Source of the DNA: Giardia intestinalis
Lineage: Eukaryota
Direction: 5' to 3' (one strand)
Assembly (NCBI GenBank): GCA_000002435.2
Contig: CM018790.1
DNA: 64,000 bases
Shown here: piece after piece, positions 1-9,946 of the stretch
How the letters are laid out: the number at the start of each line of letters is the position of its first letter
How positions within the stretch are numbered: the first letter of the stretch is position 1
Program-made: the position numbers and the translations under genes
The notes under the pieces: model-generated
Databases searched by the model: none
The model's input: the letters and a program-made list of their open reading frames with translations, nothing else
What the model was told of the DNA's origin: nothing

Positions 1-656
1 AAAGGGACACTTGTGCGGCTTTGCTGCGTGTTGTAGACGAGGATGGAGCACAAATACACCCTCTCAGCAGGGCGCTGCTCCTGGGTGAGGAGGTCAGCAC
101 CGAAGTGGTAGGTATGAGTGACGATCTTTGGGCGCAGGACAGCTTTGGGTGGTGCCCTCTTTTGTACGCGATAGGCTTTAATCGTGCGTATGCTGTGCGC
201 TGCATTTTGTCCTGCGAAAAGCAGCCTCCACCTAACAACATCCTTGAAGCGGCCTTACACATTGCACTTGCTTCACGAGGCTCAGATGAGGTGTTGAGTG
301 AGCTTCTAGAACGTCTAGATAGATATAAGATCACTGTAAGGACCCGAAGAAGGTATGGGGACGTTACCCTAATCAAAACTGAGCTTATGCATGCGGCAGC
401 AAAGGGCAGTGAGGATGAGGTTCGTAAGTACATTCACCAGTTGGGGAAGACCGTTGCAAGTTTAGAGGGAGGAACAGCCCTGATCTGTGCTGTCTCAGGA
501 GGTCACGTCGGGTGCTGCCGACTACTGTACAGGGAACTAGGTATGCAGGACAAGCGCGGACGTACTGCACTCGACCATGCAGAAGAGGGTGGGCACTCTG
601 AATGTATGTGGCTTCTTCGGCATGAGTCCGGCCTGTCAAAAAATGAAGCCCAATGA
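1..656 (+). CDS. Ankyrin-repeat protein (Giardia 'Protein 21.1'-like), 5'-truncated by window start
   Basis: The reading frame is open from base 3 with no upstream stop. The annotated 'M' at 21 is a TTG codon. Ankyrin-like repeats are visible (…GWCPLLYAIGFNRAYAVRCIL…, …GGTALICAVSGGHVGCCRLLY…, …GRTALDHAEEGGHSECMWLL…). The stop TGA is at 654-656. Confidence 0.6.
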   Translation, partial: RDTCAALLRVVDEDGAQIHPLSRALLLGEEVSTEVVGMSDDLWAQDSFGWCPLLYAIGFNRAYAVRCILSCEKQPPPNNILEAALHIALASRGSDEVLSELLERLDRYKITVRTRRRYGDVTLIKTELMHAAAKGSEDEVRKYIHQLGKTVASLEGGTALICAVSGGHVGCCRLLYRELGMQDKRGRTALDHAEEGGHSECMWLLRHESGLSKNEAQ

Positions 657-2850
657 CCACGTAAAGCTTACGCCTCTGGGAGCAGGCAACGAGGTCGGTC
701 GCTCTTGCTTTATTCTGTCATATCAGCGGAGTGGCTGCTCTGGGAGCATCATGCTGGACTGCGGGCTCCACCCTGCCCTGTCCGAGACACGCGACTACGT
801 TGCAATTCAGGCGCTCCCCTTCTTCGATTTAGAGGACTACGTCTCCACTTTGTCCCTTATCCTCATCACCCACTTCCATAACGACCACATAGCCGCTCTT
901 CCTTATTTACTGCGGTGCCTTCGTGACCGAGCTGTTAAGGAGGGGAAGCCAGAGCTCCACTACATCCCTCCAGTTTATATGACAGCACCAACTCTAAAGA
1001 TTTTCAAGGAAAGCGTCACTGATGTCATCTCCCAGACGAAGCTCTACACCCACGAAGATGTGGAGTTTATGGCCAAGAACACTAAACTACTCACGAGCTT
1101 CTACCAGACAGAGCGGGTCAATGGGATATCTTTTACCGCAATGCCGGCAGGTCACGTCATTGGAGCGGCCATGTTCCACATTAGTATAGATAATTTCCAC
1201 GCCCTCTACACTGGTGATTTCAGTTGTGAGCCGGAGGACAGGCATCTTCAGCCTGCTACATTCCCCCAGGTAAAGCTTGATTTGCTTATAATTGAGTCTA
1301 CGTATGGGACCATTCGTCAAAAGGAACGCATGACCAGAGAGCGTGATTTTATAGATCTCATAGTTTCGACCGTCAAAAAAGATGGCTGTGTGTTGCTGCC
1401 AGTGTTTTCTATAGGCCGTGTCCAAGAGCTTCTTTGCATCTTACAAGAGTACTGGCGAGAACATGAGCAAGAGATGGCTAGAGTTACGATCTACTACGTG
1501 TCTGCAATTGCTGATAATGCACGGCAATTGTATTCGAAGGATAAGGGCTTCCTGCGCCACGGAGACACAGGACTGTCCGACATTCAAACAGGGAAGCGTA
1601 AAGATAGAATAATCTACACGAAGACGCGGCCCAAAAATCCGAAAAAGCCCTATGTGATGTTCTGCACACCTGGAATGCTTCAGTCCGGTGTCTCAAAGGA
1701 AATGTATAACGAGTTGTGCGGATCTCCTGACAACCTCCTGCTTGTCACGGGATACGCAACTCAGGACACTCTTCTCTATAAGCTTCTTGAGGGAAAACCT
1801 CCTGGGGGTTATGCGGACGCCAAGATGCGTATTGAGGAGCTGTCCTTTTCCGCTCACTCGGACTACAATCAAACACTCGATGTCCTACGAAAGACTCGCC
1901 CACGTAATGTCGCGTTCATCCACGGTAGTGAGAAGAGCATTTCATCGTTAAAAAGAACCATCGCCAATGAAACCAGGGTCAACTTCAGCGAGGGAGGCAA
2001 GGAAGCAGACAAAGAAGAAATATCGTTTCATTATCCTCGTAACGGAGAAACTGTCACCTTCGCCTTCACAAATCCTGTGCAGCTGAGCATCAAGGTTGAC
2101 ACTGGTGCAGAAGACACTGCACAGACAGGAGTTGAGGACTCTCGCTCCATCGCAGCGATAGCCAAGGCATTGGACAAGAAGAAGATGTACATCGTGCAGG
2201 ACGGATTTGCGTTTTCGTTATACAATGCGTCATCGGTAAAGAAGAAGATGCAAAGATCGTGCGGTGGGATCACACTTAATATGAGTTTGACAATTGTGGG
2301 AGATAGCCCACTGACAGAGATATTTGAGAGTCATGGATTCCGGGTTACTGATTTGGGAACAGCCATCCTCTTGGTGCCCGGACTAGAGGAGATGCATGAC
2401 ACTGTACAAGGCGCCGGGACAGAGCCAAAAGATGGGAGCAATGCAATATCCCTGGCTGTGACGACATCATCTAGAGATGTCAAGCGGGTAACTCTTTCAT
2501 TTGATCTCTTCTCAAGCGTATCTGCTCTTTGCATACGTATCCTGTACATTATCCACTCGGCATCAAAGCTGCAAAAAGAAACGTCTCAAACATGCTTAGA
2601 CCTTCCATCTGTTTGCCAGCGTATTGGAGCATCTCTATTAGAAAATTTCAACGTTCAGTTGCACGAGTCGCCCACACAAGAACTGACTGCATCTTCTCCT
2701 CCTTACATTGTTATCGGTGATGTGAGATGTTTTCTAAATTTTCGTGGTTGGAACTTTGATCCTGTTTTCCCGTTGGAGAAAAAAGACTTTACTCTCCTCT
2801 CCGACATCTCGGACCACACTAACTGTTTGGTGCGAACACTCCTCCCGTGA
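643..2850 (+). CDS. CPSF73-like metallo-beta-lactamase/beta-CASP endonuclease (cleavage and polyadenylation specificity factor 73 kDa subunit or Integrator-11 family)
   Basis: The N-terminus MKPNDHVKLTPLGAGNEVGRSCFIL…MLDCGLHP…LILITHFHNDHIAALPYLL carries the MBL HxHxDH motif in the typical CPSF73 arrangement, followed by beta-CASP-like segments. The ATG at 643 is preferred over 577 or 622 because of its A-rich context caaaaaATG. It overlaps the upstream gene's stop by 14 nt. Confidence 0.85.
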   Translation: MKPNDHVKLTPLGAGNEVGRSCFILSYQRSGCSGSIMLDCGLHPALSETRDYVAIQALPFFDLEDYVSTLSLILITHFHNDHIAALPYLLRCLRDRAVKEGKPELHYIPPVYMTAPTLKIFKESVTDVISQTKLYTHEDVEFMAKNTKLLTSFYQTERVNGISFTAMPAGHVIGAAMFHISIDNFHALYTGDFSCEPEDRHLQPATFPQVKLDLLIIESTYGTIRQKERMTRERDFIDLIVSTVKKDGCVLLPVFSIGRVQELLCILQEYWREHEQEMARVTIYYVSAIADNARQLYSKDKGFLRHGDTGLSDIQTGKRKDRIIYTKTRPKNPKKPYVMFCTPGMLQSGVSKEMYNELCGSPDNLLLVTGYATQDTLLYKLLEGKPPGGYADAKMRIEELSFSAHSDYNQTLDVLRKTRPRNVAFIHGSEKSISSLKRTIANETRVNFSEGGKEADKEEISFHYPRNGETVTFAFTNPVQLSIKVDTGAEDTAQTGVEDSRSIAAIAKALDKKKMYIVQDGFAFSLYNASSVKKKMQRSCGGITLNMSLTIVGDSPLTEIFESHGFRVTDLGTAILLVPGLEEMHDTVQGAGTEPKDGSNAISLAVTTSSRDVKRVTLSFDLFSSVSALCIRILYIIHSASKLQKETSQTCLDLPSVCQRIGASLLENFNVQLHESPTQELTASSPPYIVIGDVRCFLNFRGWNFDPVFPLEKKDFTLLSDISDHTNCLVRTLLP

Positions 2851-2880
2851 CTCTCTCTTCTTCAGGAAATGCCCGTCTTG

Positions 2881-4887
2881 TCATATGGATTGCAACCCGC
2901 ACAGCTTAAGTGTCTCTACGGGATATACCAAGTGAAAGTCGTGTCCACCAACAGATCTGAAGACTATATTGATTCTAGGGCAGTACTTTTCAAACTGCTC
3001 TTTAGCTTTAGCACACTGAATGATTGCATCGTCGTTTGCTAATACTAGGACTGTTTCTAAATCGAGGTCGTCAAGCCTGGTAAAGTATTCCTTCCCAGAA
3101 GTCCAGGGGAATGCTGCTGAGCTGTTGATGGCCTGCTTTATAGCGCTGGTGCAGCGACTTCGAACATGCGACTCATATTTTCGCTTGACGTTTGCCTGTA
3201 GAGGCTCTGGGAGGTACTTAACCCGGTCAGCACAATCCAAAAACGTCTTGAGGGCAAGCGTTGGATATACAGACATGAGAGGCTGAGTTATACGCGCCAG
3301 GATGGGGTGATCACGCATAAAAATCAGCTTTCGGTTCAGCTCCATCACCATACCGACGGGAGCTAGCAGCACCACCTTGTCAACGATATCTTTCAAGATC
3401 GGGGCCATGGCTGCAGCCATTAGGCCTCCGCTAGAATGCCCCACTAAGGTTATCTTTTGCTGAGAAGAGGTTGAGTTGATCAGTTTGTATGTTCTCACTG
3501 GGTAACGGACCGTTGTCGCTGTCGCTGCAGCAGAAGGCCCTGAGGGATTGTTTTCGTCCTGCGGATTCAGCTCTGCCGGAGGTTGAACTGGTGAACCCGG
3601 AGGCTCATCAAGTATCTCGAATCCATGTATCCAGTTAAGCACTGGCAGAGAAAGGACCTCTAAGCAATACCTTATTAGAGTGTCTATGTCATAGGAGTCT
3701 CCTGGTGTTCCGTCACTTCCTCCTGTTGCTGGCCAGTCGAACGTGAGAACTTCATGCGTCATTGCAAGGGCATTGATGAAGGGAGCATTAATCGTTGTGT
3801 CGAAGTCGAAACCATGCAAAAAGAGCACTCTCGGGTATTGTTCCGTCGAGGGGTCCACTGTTATGCTATCGATTTGATTCTGCTCCTTCAGTGCTTTGTC
3901 GACAGCATCGCACACGGGGTTATCCAATGCTTCACCTGTATCCTTTGGTGTGCTTGCGTCTGTCTTGGGGACTGTGGATACAGGTGGGGTTTCAAGGCTT
4001 TCGTCTTGGTATCCAGCGTTGCGGTTAGGATTATCTGCAGAAACGTCCACTAGAGACACTCTTCCGTTATCGGCTGTGTTCTTTAGTATATATGCGCTGT
4101 GCACGGTACCAGCCCGTGGATGTGAATAGTATATTTTGCACATCCCAAGCGCAGGAAGTTTGCATGCTTGTATCTTTGTTGGGTTGAGCTCCAGCCATTC
4201 CAGTGGATATTTAATCAAGAGATCCGTGGAAGCGGGGAGACGCTCGAGTGGCGGTGGGTCGACCAGCCTGTCTACCGTATCCGTGTCAAAGAACGAGACT
4301 GCACGCATGTCTGGGTTGTTCAGGTAAATGTCTTCCTTCATGCTTTCGGTGAGGATCTTTCCTGGATCGTCGATGGGAGTTGCTGTAAATACGGGGTATT
4401 TGGGCAGTTTTAATGCAGAAGCAGGATCAGCAACAGGATCGTCAAGTCTTGAAACTGTCTCGAGGTATGGCCTTAGAGGTATACTAACTGGTGGCGGGTA
4501 TGCTCCCGGGGAGCGACCACTGACTCCTCTGTCATTGGGAGAGGATTCAAGAACTAGTGGTGTCTCAAAATGCTGTAGACTCTCTATCTCAGATATATCT
4601 CTAGACTGTTCCGGCACATAATCTGCTTCCTTCGCCTCATGGGCAGGGCTGGGCTGCCCTTCGGGAGAGTTTATAGCATTCATAGCTTGGGAGACCTCTT
4701 GCTGGACCTTATCTGCCATGGCCTCGGGGCTAGTAACGCCCAGAGTGACCTCTCCAGCAGGTGAAATAGTGACTTGCTCTGCAAGAGAAGCCTTCTCAGC
4801 GTCCGTGAGCTCGGTGGTAAAGACTACCTCATGGTCACTGTTCGCATCGTTGCCCGCGGGACTTGTTGGATCGCCAGACGGTGTCAT
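2881..4887 (-). CDS. alpha/beta-hydrolase fold protein with a roughly 340-aa low-complexity (P/S/D/E-rich) N-terminal extension
   Basis: C-terminal domain: VLFLHGFDFDTT…FDWPATGGSDG; nucleophile elbow LVGHSSGGLMAAA; …VLLAPVG…; a C-terminal GHDFHLV His motif. The start ATG at 4887 has the context ggaaaaaataATG. Confidence 0.75.
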   Translation of the reverse strand: MTPSGDPTSPAGNDANSDHEVVFTTELTDAEKASLAEQVTISPAGEVTLGVTSPEAMADKVQQEVSQAMNAINSPEGQPSPAHEAKEADYVPEQSRDISEIESLQHFETPLVLESSPNDRGVSGRSPGAYPPPVSIPLRPYLETVSRLDDPVADPASALKLPKYPVFTATPIDDPGKILTESMKEDIYLNNPDMRAVSFFDTDTVDRLVDPPPLERLPASTDLLIKYPLEWLELNPTKIQACKLPALGMCKIYYSHPRAGTVHSAYILKNTADNGRVSLVDVSADNPNRNAGYQDESLETPPVSTVPKTDASTPKDTGEALDNPVCDAVDKALKEQNQIDSITVDPSTEQYPRVLFLHGFDFDTTINAPFINALAMTHEVLTFDWPATGGSDGTPGDSYDIDTLIRYCLEVLSLPVLNWIHGFEILDEPPGSPVQPPAELNPQDENNPSGPSAAATATTVRYPVRTYKLINSTSSQQKITLVGHSSGGLMAAAMAPILKDIVDKVVLLAPVGMVMELNRKLIFMRDHPILARITQPLMSVYPTLALKTFLDCADRVKYLPEPLQANVKRKYESHVRSRCTSAIKQAINSSAAFPWTSGKEYFTRLDDLDLETVLVLANDDAIIQCAKAKEQFEKYCPRINIVFRSVGGHDFHLVYPVETLKLCGLQSI

Positions 4888-4980
4888 TATTTTTTCCTAG
4901 AATGCGAATTCGTACTATAAACCCTGCGAAACTACTAATGTACGAACCCTACAAAGAGAGCTCCGCGGTGATAAAATAAA

Positions 4981-6192
4981 TCACCCTTGCTCAATTATAC
5001 CTAAGACTTCCCGCAACTGAGACTCAGTTCTGCAGAGCACATTTAGATCAATGTCGCGAACCGTTTCGTCAATGTTCAGAACTGACCGGATCTGAGCGAA
5101 GACCTTAGCTCGTCTTTCATTAGAGTAGCTCATGAGATAAGCTGCACAGTTGAAAAGACGCATGTTGCGTTCGCGAACAGGGTCTTTACTGGTATCGTAG
5201 ACCTTTGAGCGGAAAGTGCTGGACAGCCCTGCATCTGACAATGAGTGCTGAGCCTGCGAGATGCTCGGAGCAGCAGTGATAGTATTGCCTTTTTGTTGCG
5301 ACGAGGCAGACCTCGCGCGTTTCTGTACTGGCTGAGTTTCTTTCAATGCTGAGGTGGTCAGTGTAGAACTGTTCATGGGGGTTAAGGCTCCAGACGCGGG
5401 TCTAAACTCATTGAGTGTGGATGGAAGGTCAAAGGTCACCTTCTTGCTTGCGGAGCATCCGGACCCAGGGTCATCCACGGCATTCAAAGGAAAAGATGCA
5501 GGATCAGCCTCTTTATTAAAAGAGCTAGTGCTGTTGGGACAAGCAGAAGTGGATAAGCGCGAGCCGGACCTTAGGGGTCTCGGGGTCTTACTCTTATTAT
5601 TAGGCTGAGTGTCCAGAGATCCAGAGGGATGAGGGGCAAAAAGGAGATCCAGGGCATCAGAGTCCGACTTCGGTACGGGCTTTCGTGCAACATGCTGCTT
5701 CATATTAACGGGGCACGCGAAATAACGCTCGACCTCAAGGAAGATATCATTAAAATGCTTAGCCTTTGCTGAGACTATCCTCCCTTCAAAGACGTTTGCT
5801 TGGAACACACGAATGATCTCGTTATAAAGTCGCCCCGTAGCCTCTATGATGGGTGTACAGTTTTTTGGACGGAGTGCCTGCTCTAGCGTGTACCCAGGTT
5901 TGATATTAAATCGAATGCTGTTATACGTGATCAGAAGAAAGTGGTAGCTGATCTGGCCTATCTCTGAGTAGTGACCGCCCTTCAGATTAGCCAGAATGTT
6001 TTTGAATGCACATGGGTCTTTGATATTGGTCCTATATGTTTGACAGAAACCCGCGTCATGCGCGTACGTCTCCAAGACAGGGGTCTTGAAAATGCTCGAC
6101 AGAACCTCGTTTTCAATAATATTAAGGAATGCGCCTTCCACTGTCTTCGTCAGAGGACCCTTCATCCACGCAATGAGGGGAGCAAGAGACAT
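4981..6192 (-). CDS. hypothetical protein (403 aa), structured N-terminal domain followed by a Ser/Thr/Pro-rich linker
   Basis: Long ORF with Giardia-like codon usage. It is divergent from the gene at 6272 across an A/T-rich 79-bp spacer. I did not recognise any family. Confidence 0.5.
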   Translation of the reverse strand: MSLAPLIAWMKGPLTKTVEGAFLNIIENEVLSSIFKTPVLETYAHDAGFCQTYRTNIKDPCAFKNILANLKGGHYSEIGQISYHFLLITYNSIRFNIKPGYTLEQALRPKNCTPIIEATGRLYNEIIRVFQANVFEGRIVSAKAKHFNDIFLEVERYFACPVNMKQHVARKPVPKSDSDALDLLFAPHPSGSLDTQPNNKSKTPRPLRSGSRLSTSACPNSTSSFNKEADPASFPLNAVDDPGSGCSASKKVTFDLPSTLNEFRPASGALTPMNSSTLTTSALKETQPVQKRARSASSQQKGNTITAAPSISQAQHSLSDAGLSSTFRSKVYDTSKDPVRERNMRLFNCAAYLMSYSNERRAKVFAQIRSVLNIDETVRDIDLNVLCRTESQLREVLGIIEQG

Positions 6193-6271
6193 CGGACTCC
6201 GAGAGCGATCCTTTTGCTTGCAAAAAGAATATGAAAAAGAATATGAAAACTGAAATCAGAAGACTAAAAAC

Positions 6272-7333
6272 ATGCACGCCCTTAACCAGGACTGCTTCAC
6301 CACGATTTCCGTGCCTTCGGTCGAAAAGTTGCGAGTCTTCCACTCCATCCCTCATGGCATAGACAACCCTCCGCGCCTTCTTTTCCTTCATGGTTACTCT
6401 TTCTTTACAGACCTCTACGCCACTCTGCTTAACGAACTTTGCACCCACTTCGAGGTCCTCGCGTTTGATTCTCCTGGTACTGGGGGCTCTGGTCCCATCT
6501 TCGACGGCGATTACACCGTCAACAGCCTCGTCGAGGTTGCTCTAGAACTATTGACTATTAGCCAGCTGAGATGGGTTCCCCGTGCGGCTTCGGTCCTGTA
6601 CAAGGCGAACATGAAGTACGACCCTGACAAAATGCTCGATTCGCAATCGGGGGAGGACAGGCAGCTAGCCGAATCATTGGTCGAGTCACTGGCCTTGAGC
6701 ACAGATAGGAAGAAGTTTACCATTGTTGGACACTCTATGGGCGCATTTCTAGCAGCAGAACTTACAGTAGCGTGCTGGAACTGCGTGGAAGCCGTCTATA
6801 TGGTAGCCCCAGCGGGGATCAAGTGCGAATTGAAGAACTTCTGGTCAGACCTCTGCGGCGGTGCTTTAGGAATATTCAGGAGAGCATATGCGAAGCTGCG
6901 CCATAAGCAGACCATAGAGAAATGGGTGGCTATTCAACAAGACAGTCTGGCACAGGGGCGCTCTGTGACACATGCCGAGCAGATGCAAAGAGATTTCTCT
7001 GAGGCGTATTTGGCTAACTCAAAAGCAGCCGTTTCTCGCTTTTGCTGCCTGGTGGACTTCCCGTGGTCTAACGGGCATGACGTGTTTAGAGAATTGGAAT
7101 CTATAATAGAGAAGAAGGGGTTGAACGCTTACTGCTATCTAATGGAGCAAGACGAGATAATATCGTACAAGGATGTCAGTGCCTTCTTCAGAGACATCAT
7201 GCCCAATTGCCGTCTGCACACCGTTTCGGCCGCCAATCATGACTGGGTGAACGACCACCCCCATCTACTGGTTCATAACATAATTAACGACCGGGCTCAT
7301 CTGACTGCGGCTACGTCTAGTGTCGAGATCTAA
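6272..7333 (+). CDS. alpha/beta-hydrolase fold protein (paralog of 2881-4887 and 8845-9768)
   Basis: PRLLFLHGYSFFTDLY…FDSPGTGGSGP; nucleophile elbow IVGHSMGAFLAAEL; …MVAPAGIKCEL…; C-terminal …NHDWVNDHPH (His). A-rich initiator ctaaaaacATG. Confidence 0.8.
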   Translation: MHALNQDCFTTISVPSVEKLRVFHSIPHGIDNPPRLLFLHGYSFFTDLYATLLNELCTHFEVLAFDSPGTGGSGPIFDGDYTVNSLVEVALELLTISQLRWVPRAASVLYKANMKYDPDKMLDSQSGEDRQLAESLVESLALSTDRKKFTIVGHSMGAFLAAELTVACWNCVEAVYMVAPAGIKCELKNFWSDLCGGALGIFRRAYAKLRHKQTIEKWVAIQQDSLAQGRSVTHAEQMQRDFSEAYLANSKAAVSRFCCLVDFPWSNGHDVFRELESIIEKKGLNAYCYLMEQDEIISYKDVSAFFRDIMPNCRLHTVSAANHDWVNDHPHLLVHNIINDRAHLTAATSSVEI

Positions 7334-8729
7334 CTGTATAAAATATTCCGTTATTGGGGTCACATCCCCAAAATTGCATGCCAGGAACATCTTTTATGGT
7401 CTCTTCAATTGCGCTCACGTATGCGTTCTGCTCGTGTTGCCCAGGTAGTTCGGTCTGTGTAGCAAGGAACATATCTCTTTTATTTAGGAAGCCGTCGACT
7501 TCCAGACCAAATAGCCCTATCTTGACCGTGCTAGTGCCATGCTCTTTGCTGAGATCTATGTAGCCTGGCCAGAAGAGACGGCCGTATCCATTTCCAAGCA
7601 CTAGGTTCCGAAGACGTTTGGGCTTCTCTGACTGCGCCTCAGAGCTGTAAACTTTTATAGATTTAGTGGCGGCTATTGTGCCTCCAGACTCATCAGCGGA
7701 ATGCAATCTAGTCTCCAACGGTGGAGCGCTGAACTTCACTGCAAACTGCTTAAGGTTCTTTTCATGCTTCTGCTGCATACGCTCAAGGTGCATTTGCTTC
7801 CGTGTTTGTCTATCTGCTTGGCGACGAAGCTTCCGTTGCTCCCTTCGTTCTGCTTTAGCCTTTCTCTTTTCAGCAATCATCCTTTCTTGATCCTCCCGAT
7901 CTTGCTGCATCTTAGTTAAATGAGTTTCTAACTTCATTTGGTTTTCCTGCACGCAGTAGTTATTGCCGTCGGCGAAAGATGACAGTTGCTGGGCAGTGTC
8001 GGAAGTAATATCATCGTGGTCAGACGCGTCTGATGAGGAGCAAGTGAGAGGCGGAAACTCGTACACGCGTGCTTGAATGCTATCCAGGGAGCAGACTGAG
8101 GCATTGTGCTGCCGAATTTCCTCCATGTAAGAGCTAATATGAAGATCAAACTCGCACGATGTCAGCGGAGTAAGCTGATAAGGCGGGAGCACCTGAGTTT
8201 GCCCTGTAGGCATGTCCCATGAGGGAGGCGCTAGTATCTCTGGCTTTTCTAACGACAGATTGCAAGCGTCGCTATAGCCGAAGTTATGAGGATAAACCGA
8301 GTTATAAGAAGGTTGGTAGATATTCGTGCAAGAGATGGGTGGCTGCTGATAGAATGATTCAGGGTTGACAGGCTGGGGAAAGACCTCCTGAGGGGCGTAA
8401 TTATATAGTACTTGCTGATGTGGCTGGCTAGAAAACTGTGATGGAAACGGATAAACAGGGTCTGTGACAACGTTCTGTGGTTGTGAATAGGGCTGCTGCG
8501 GCCCGGAGCTGTGCATAGGTTGCGGTGGCTGAGAAAAGCCAAAAACTGACGGGGATGTGTGTGCTTGCATGGGCGGGTCTTCGTCAAGCAAGAGTGGCGG
8601 ATCATCATCGGATCGCGGAAGCCGCGGAGCACCTGGAGGAGCCAGCTGACGAGCAAACGAGACTGGGGTGCTCTGCAGCGCCTGAGGGTCAAGCTGTGGC
8701 GGAGAGGTAACACCGCTTGCCGAGTACAT
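7317..8729 (-). CDS. hypothetical Pro/Gln-rich protein with a basic coiled-coil segment
   Basis: Large ORF. The track start at 8741 is a GTG; the first ATG lies 4 codons later, at MYSASG…. There is an in-frame stop immediately upstream. Its 3' end overlaps the convergent hydrolase gene by 17 nt. Confidence 0.5.
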   Translation of the reverse strand: MYSASGVTSPPQLDPQALQSTPVSFARQLAPPGAPRLPRSDDDPPLLLDEDPPMQAHTSPSVFGFSQPPQPMHSSGPQQPYSQPQNVVTDPVYPFPSQFSSQPHQQVLYNYAPQEVFPQPVNPESFYQQPPISCTNIYQPSYNSVYPHNFGYSDACNLSLEKPEILAPPSWDMPTGQTQVLPPYQLTPLTSCEFDLHISSYMEEIRQHNASVCSLDSIQARVYEFPPLTCSSSDASDHDDITSDTAQQLSSFADGNNYCVQENQMKLETHLTKMQQDREDQERMIAEKRKAKAERREQRKLRRQADRQTRKQMHLERMQQKHEKNLKQFAVKFSAPPLETRLHSADESGGTIAATKSIKVYSSEAQSEKPKRLRNLVLGNGYGRLFWPGYIDLSKEHGTSTVKIGLFGLEVDGFLNKRDMFLATQTELPGQHEQNAYVSAIEETIKDVPGMQFWGCDPNNGIFYTVRSRH

Positions 8730-8844
8730 GGGCGTTGGCACCGGTTTCTGGGCCCTTCTTTCTCAGTAGATATCTGTTGCAAAAATTGAAAAACGCCGTT
8801 ATAACGTTTCAAGTCCATTTGGCACCAATAAGTTGAGACAAAAA

Positions 8845-9768
8845 ATGGAGCACGGACATGACGCCTCGGACCCCATTGAGGAGTACTTTTTGCCCCGGGA
8901 GAAGGTGAGCTTCATCTCTGTGGAAGGATATCAGCAGGTGAAACTGTTTCGCTCAATAAAGGATAAGAGTGGACCCTGGGTTTTGTTTCTTCACGGACTG
9001 ACTTTCTACACCGATATATGTGCGGCATTTCTCAACAAGTTGTCTCGCAAGCATAATGTGCTCTCCTTCGACTGGCCCGGGGTGGGCGGTACAGATCCTT
9101 CCCGCAACGATATCTACACTCCACAAGAATTGCTCGGCTTTGCAGAGAAAGTTGTTGAAGCAGCAGAGCCGGGCCTGCCTGGCAGAGGCCTCAGTATCGT
9201 TGGGCACTCTATGGGCGGGCTCATGTCCCTTATCTTAGCAACTCACTATCTAAAGCAGGGATTTGATATAAAGAACGTTATCATGCTCGCCCCGGCAGGA
9301 GTCAAGGTCCACAAGTGGATGACTCACAGGCTGCTCACCACTCCGATCATAGGCCCTGTTCTGAACTTCATTTTTAAGAGATTCCCAGACGCCACCGCGA
9401 AGCGCATAGTCTACGAAACCCGCTACAACTTCCATTACATGCCAAAGCATATGGAGGAAGCGCTGTGGGAGCCTTTCAAGAAGAGCATGCTTCGCGACAC
9501 GAGGGTCACCGCAGCCCGCACCCTTGCCTTTGCGCAGTTTCCCTGGGAAAACCACGAAGAGCTTTTTATAGAGTTGGATAGGAGTAAGGTTAATGCAATA
9601 GTCGTGCTAGCTGGGCGCGATGTCACCATAGATACCCCCGCCACAGAGCACTTCTTGCGGACCAAGTGCTCTTCTATAAGCATACAAGTGTACCCAGATT
9701 ATACTCACGACCTTGTGGCCTGTAACGCAGATGTCATTACGGAATATATTTCTGCCGTCTTGCCGTAG
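8845..9768 (+). CDS. alpha/beta-hydrolase fold protein (third paralog)
   Basis: PWVLFLHGLTFYTDIC…FDWPGVGGTDP; nucleophile elbow IVGHSMGGLMSLILA; …MLAPAGVKV…; …YTHDLVACN. The ATG at 8845 has the context gacaaaaaATG; the track start at 8833 is a non-ATG codon. Confidence 0.8.
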   Translation: MEHGHDASDPIEEYFLPREKVSFISVEGYQQVKLFRSIKDKSGPWVLFLHGLTFYTDICAAFLNKLSRKHNVLSFDWPGVGGTDPSRNDIYTPQELLGFAEKVVEAAEPGLPGRGLSIVGHSMGGLMSLILATHYLKQGFDIKNVIMLAPAGVKVHKWMTHRLLTTPIIGPVLNFIFKRFPDATAKRIVYETRYNFHYMPKHMEEALWEPFKKSMLRDTRVTAARTLAFAQFPWENHEELFIELDRSKVNAIVVLAGRDVTIDTPATEHFLRTKCSSISIQVYPDYTHDLVACNADVITEYISAVLP

Positions 9769-9946
9769 CCGGATAGATGCCTAAATCTGCGCCCAGGCAG
9801 GGAAACTGGGATTCAGATAATTAAATTTTCTATGTTTGTCTCCTTTAATCGCCCTCAGGTGGAGTCCATATTTTAATTTTGTGACTCGAGTTTGGTCCTG
9901 TGTCTACCTGGGAGTCTTTTTTGCTTCTCGCTAAACTGGCATACCG

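Noticed and set aside
8249-8818. 189-aa minus-strand ORF
   Set aside because: It is an alternative frame overlapping the 5' end of the Pro/Gln-rich gene and the divergent promoter. It has a non-ATG start and no initiator context.
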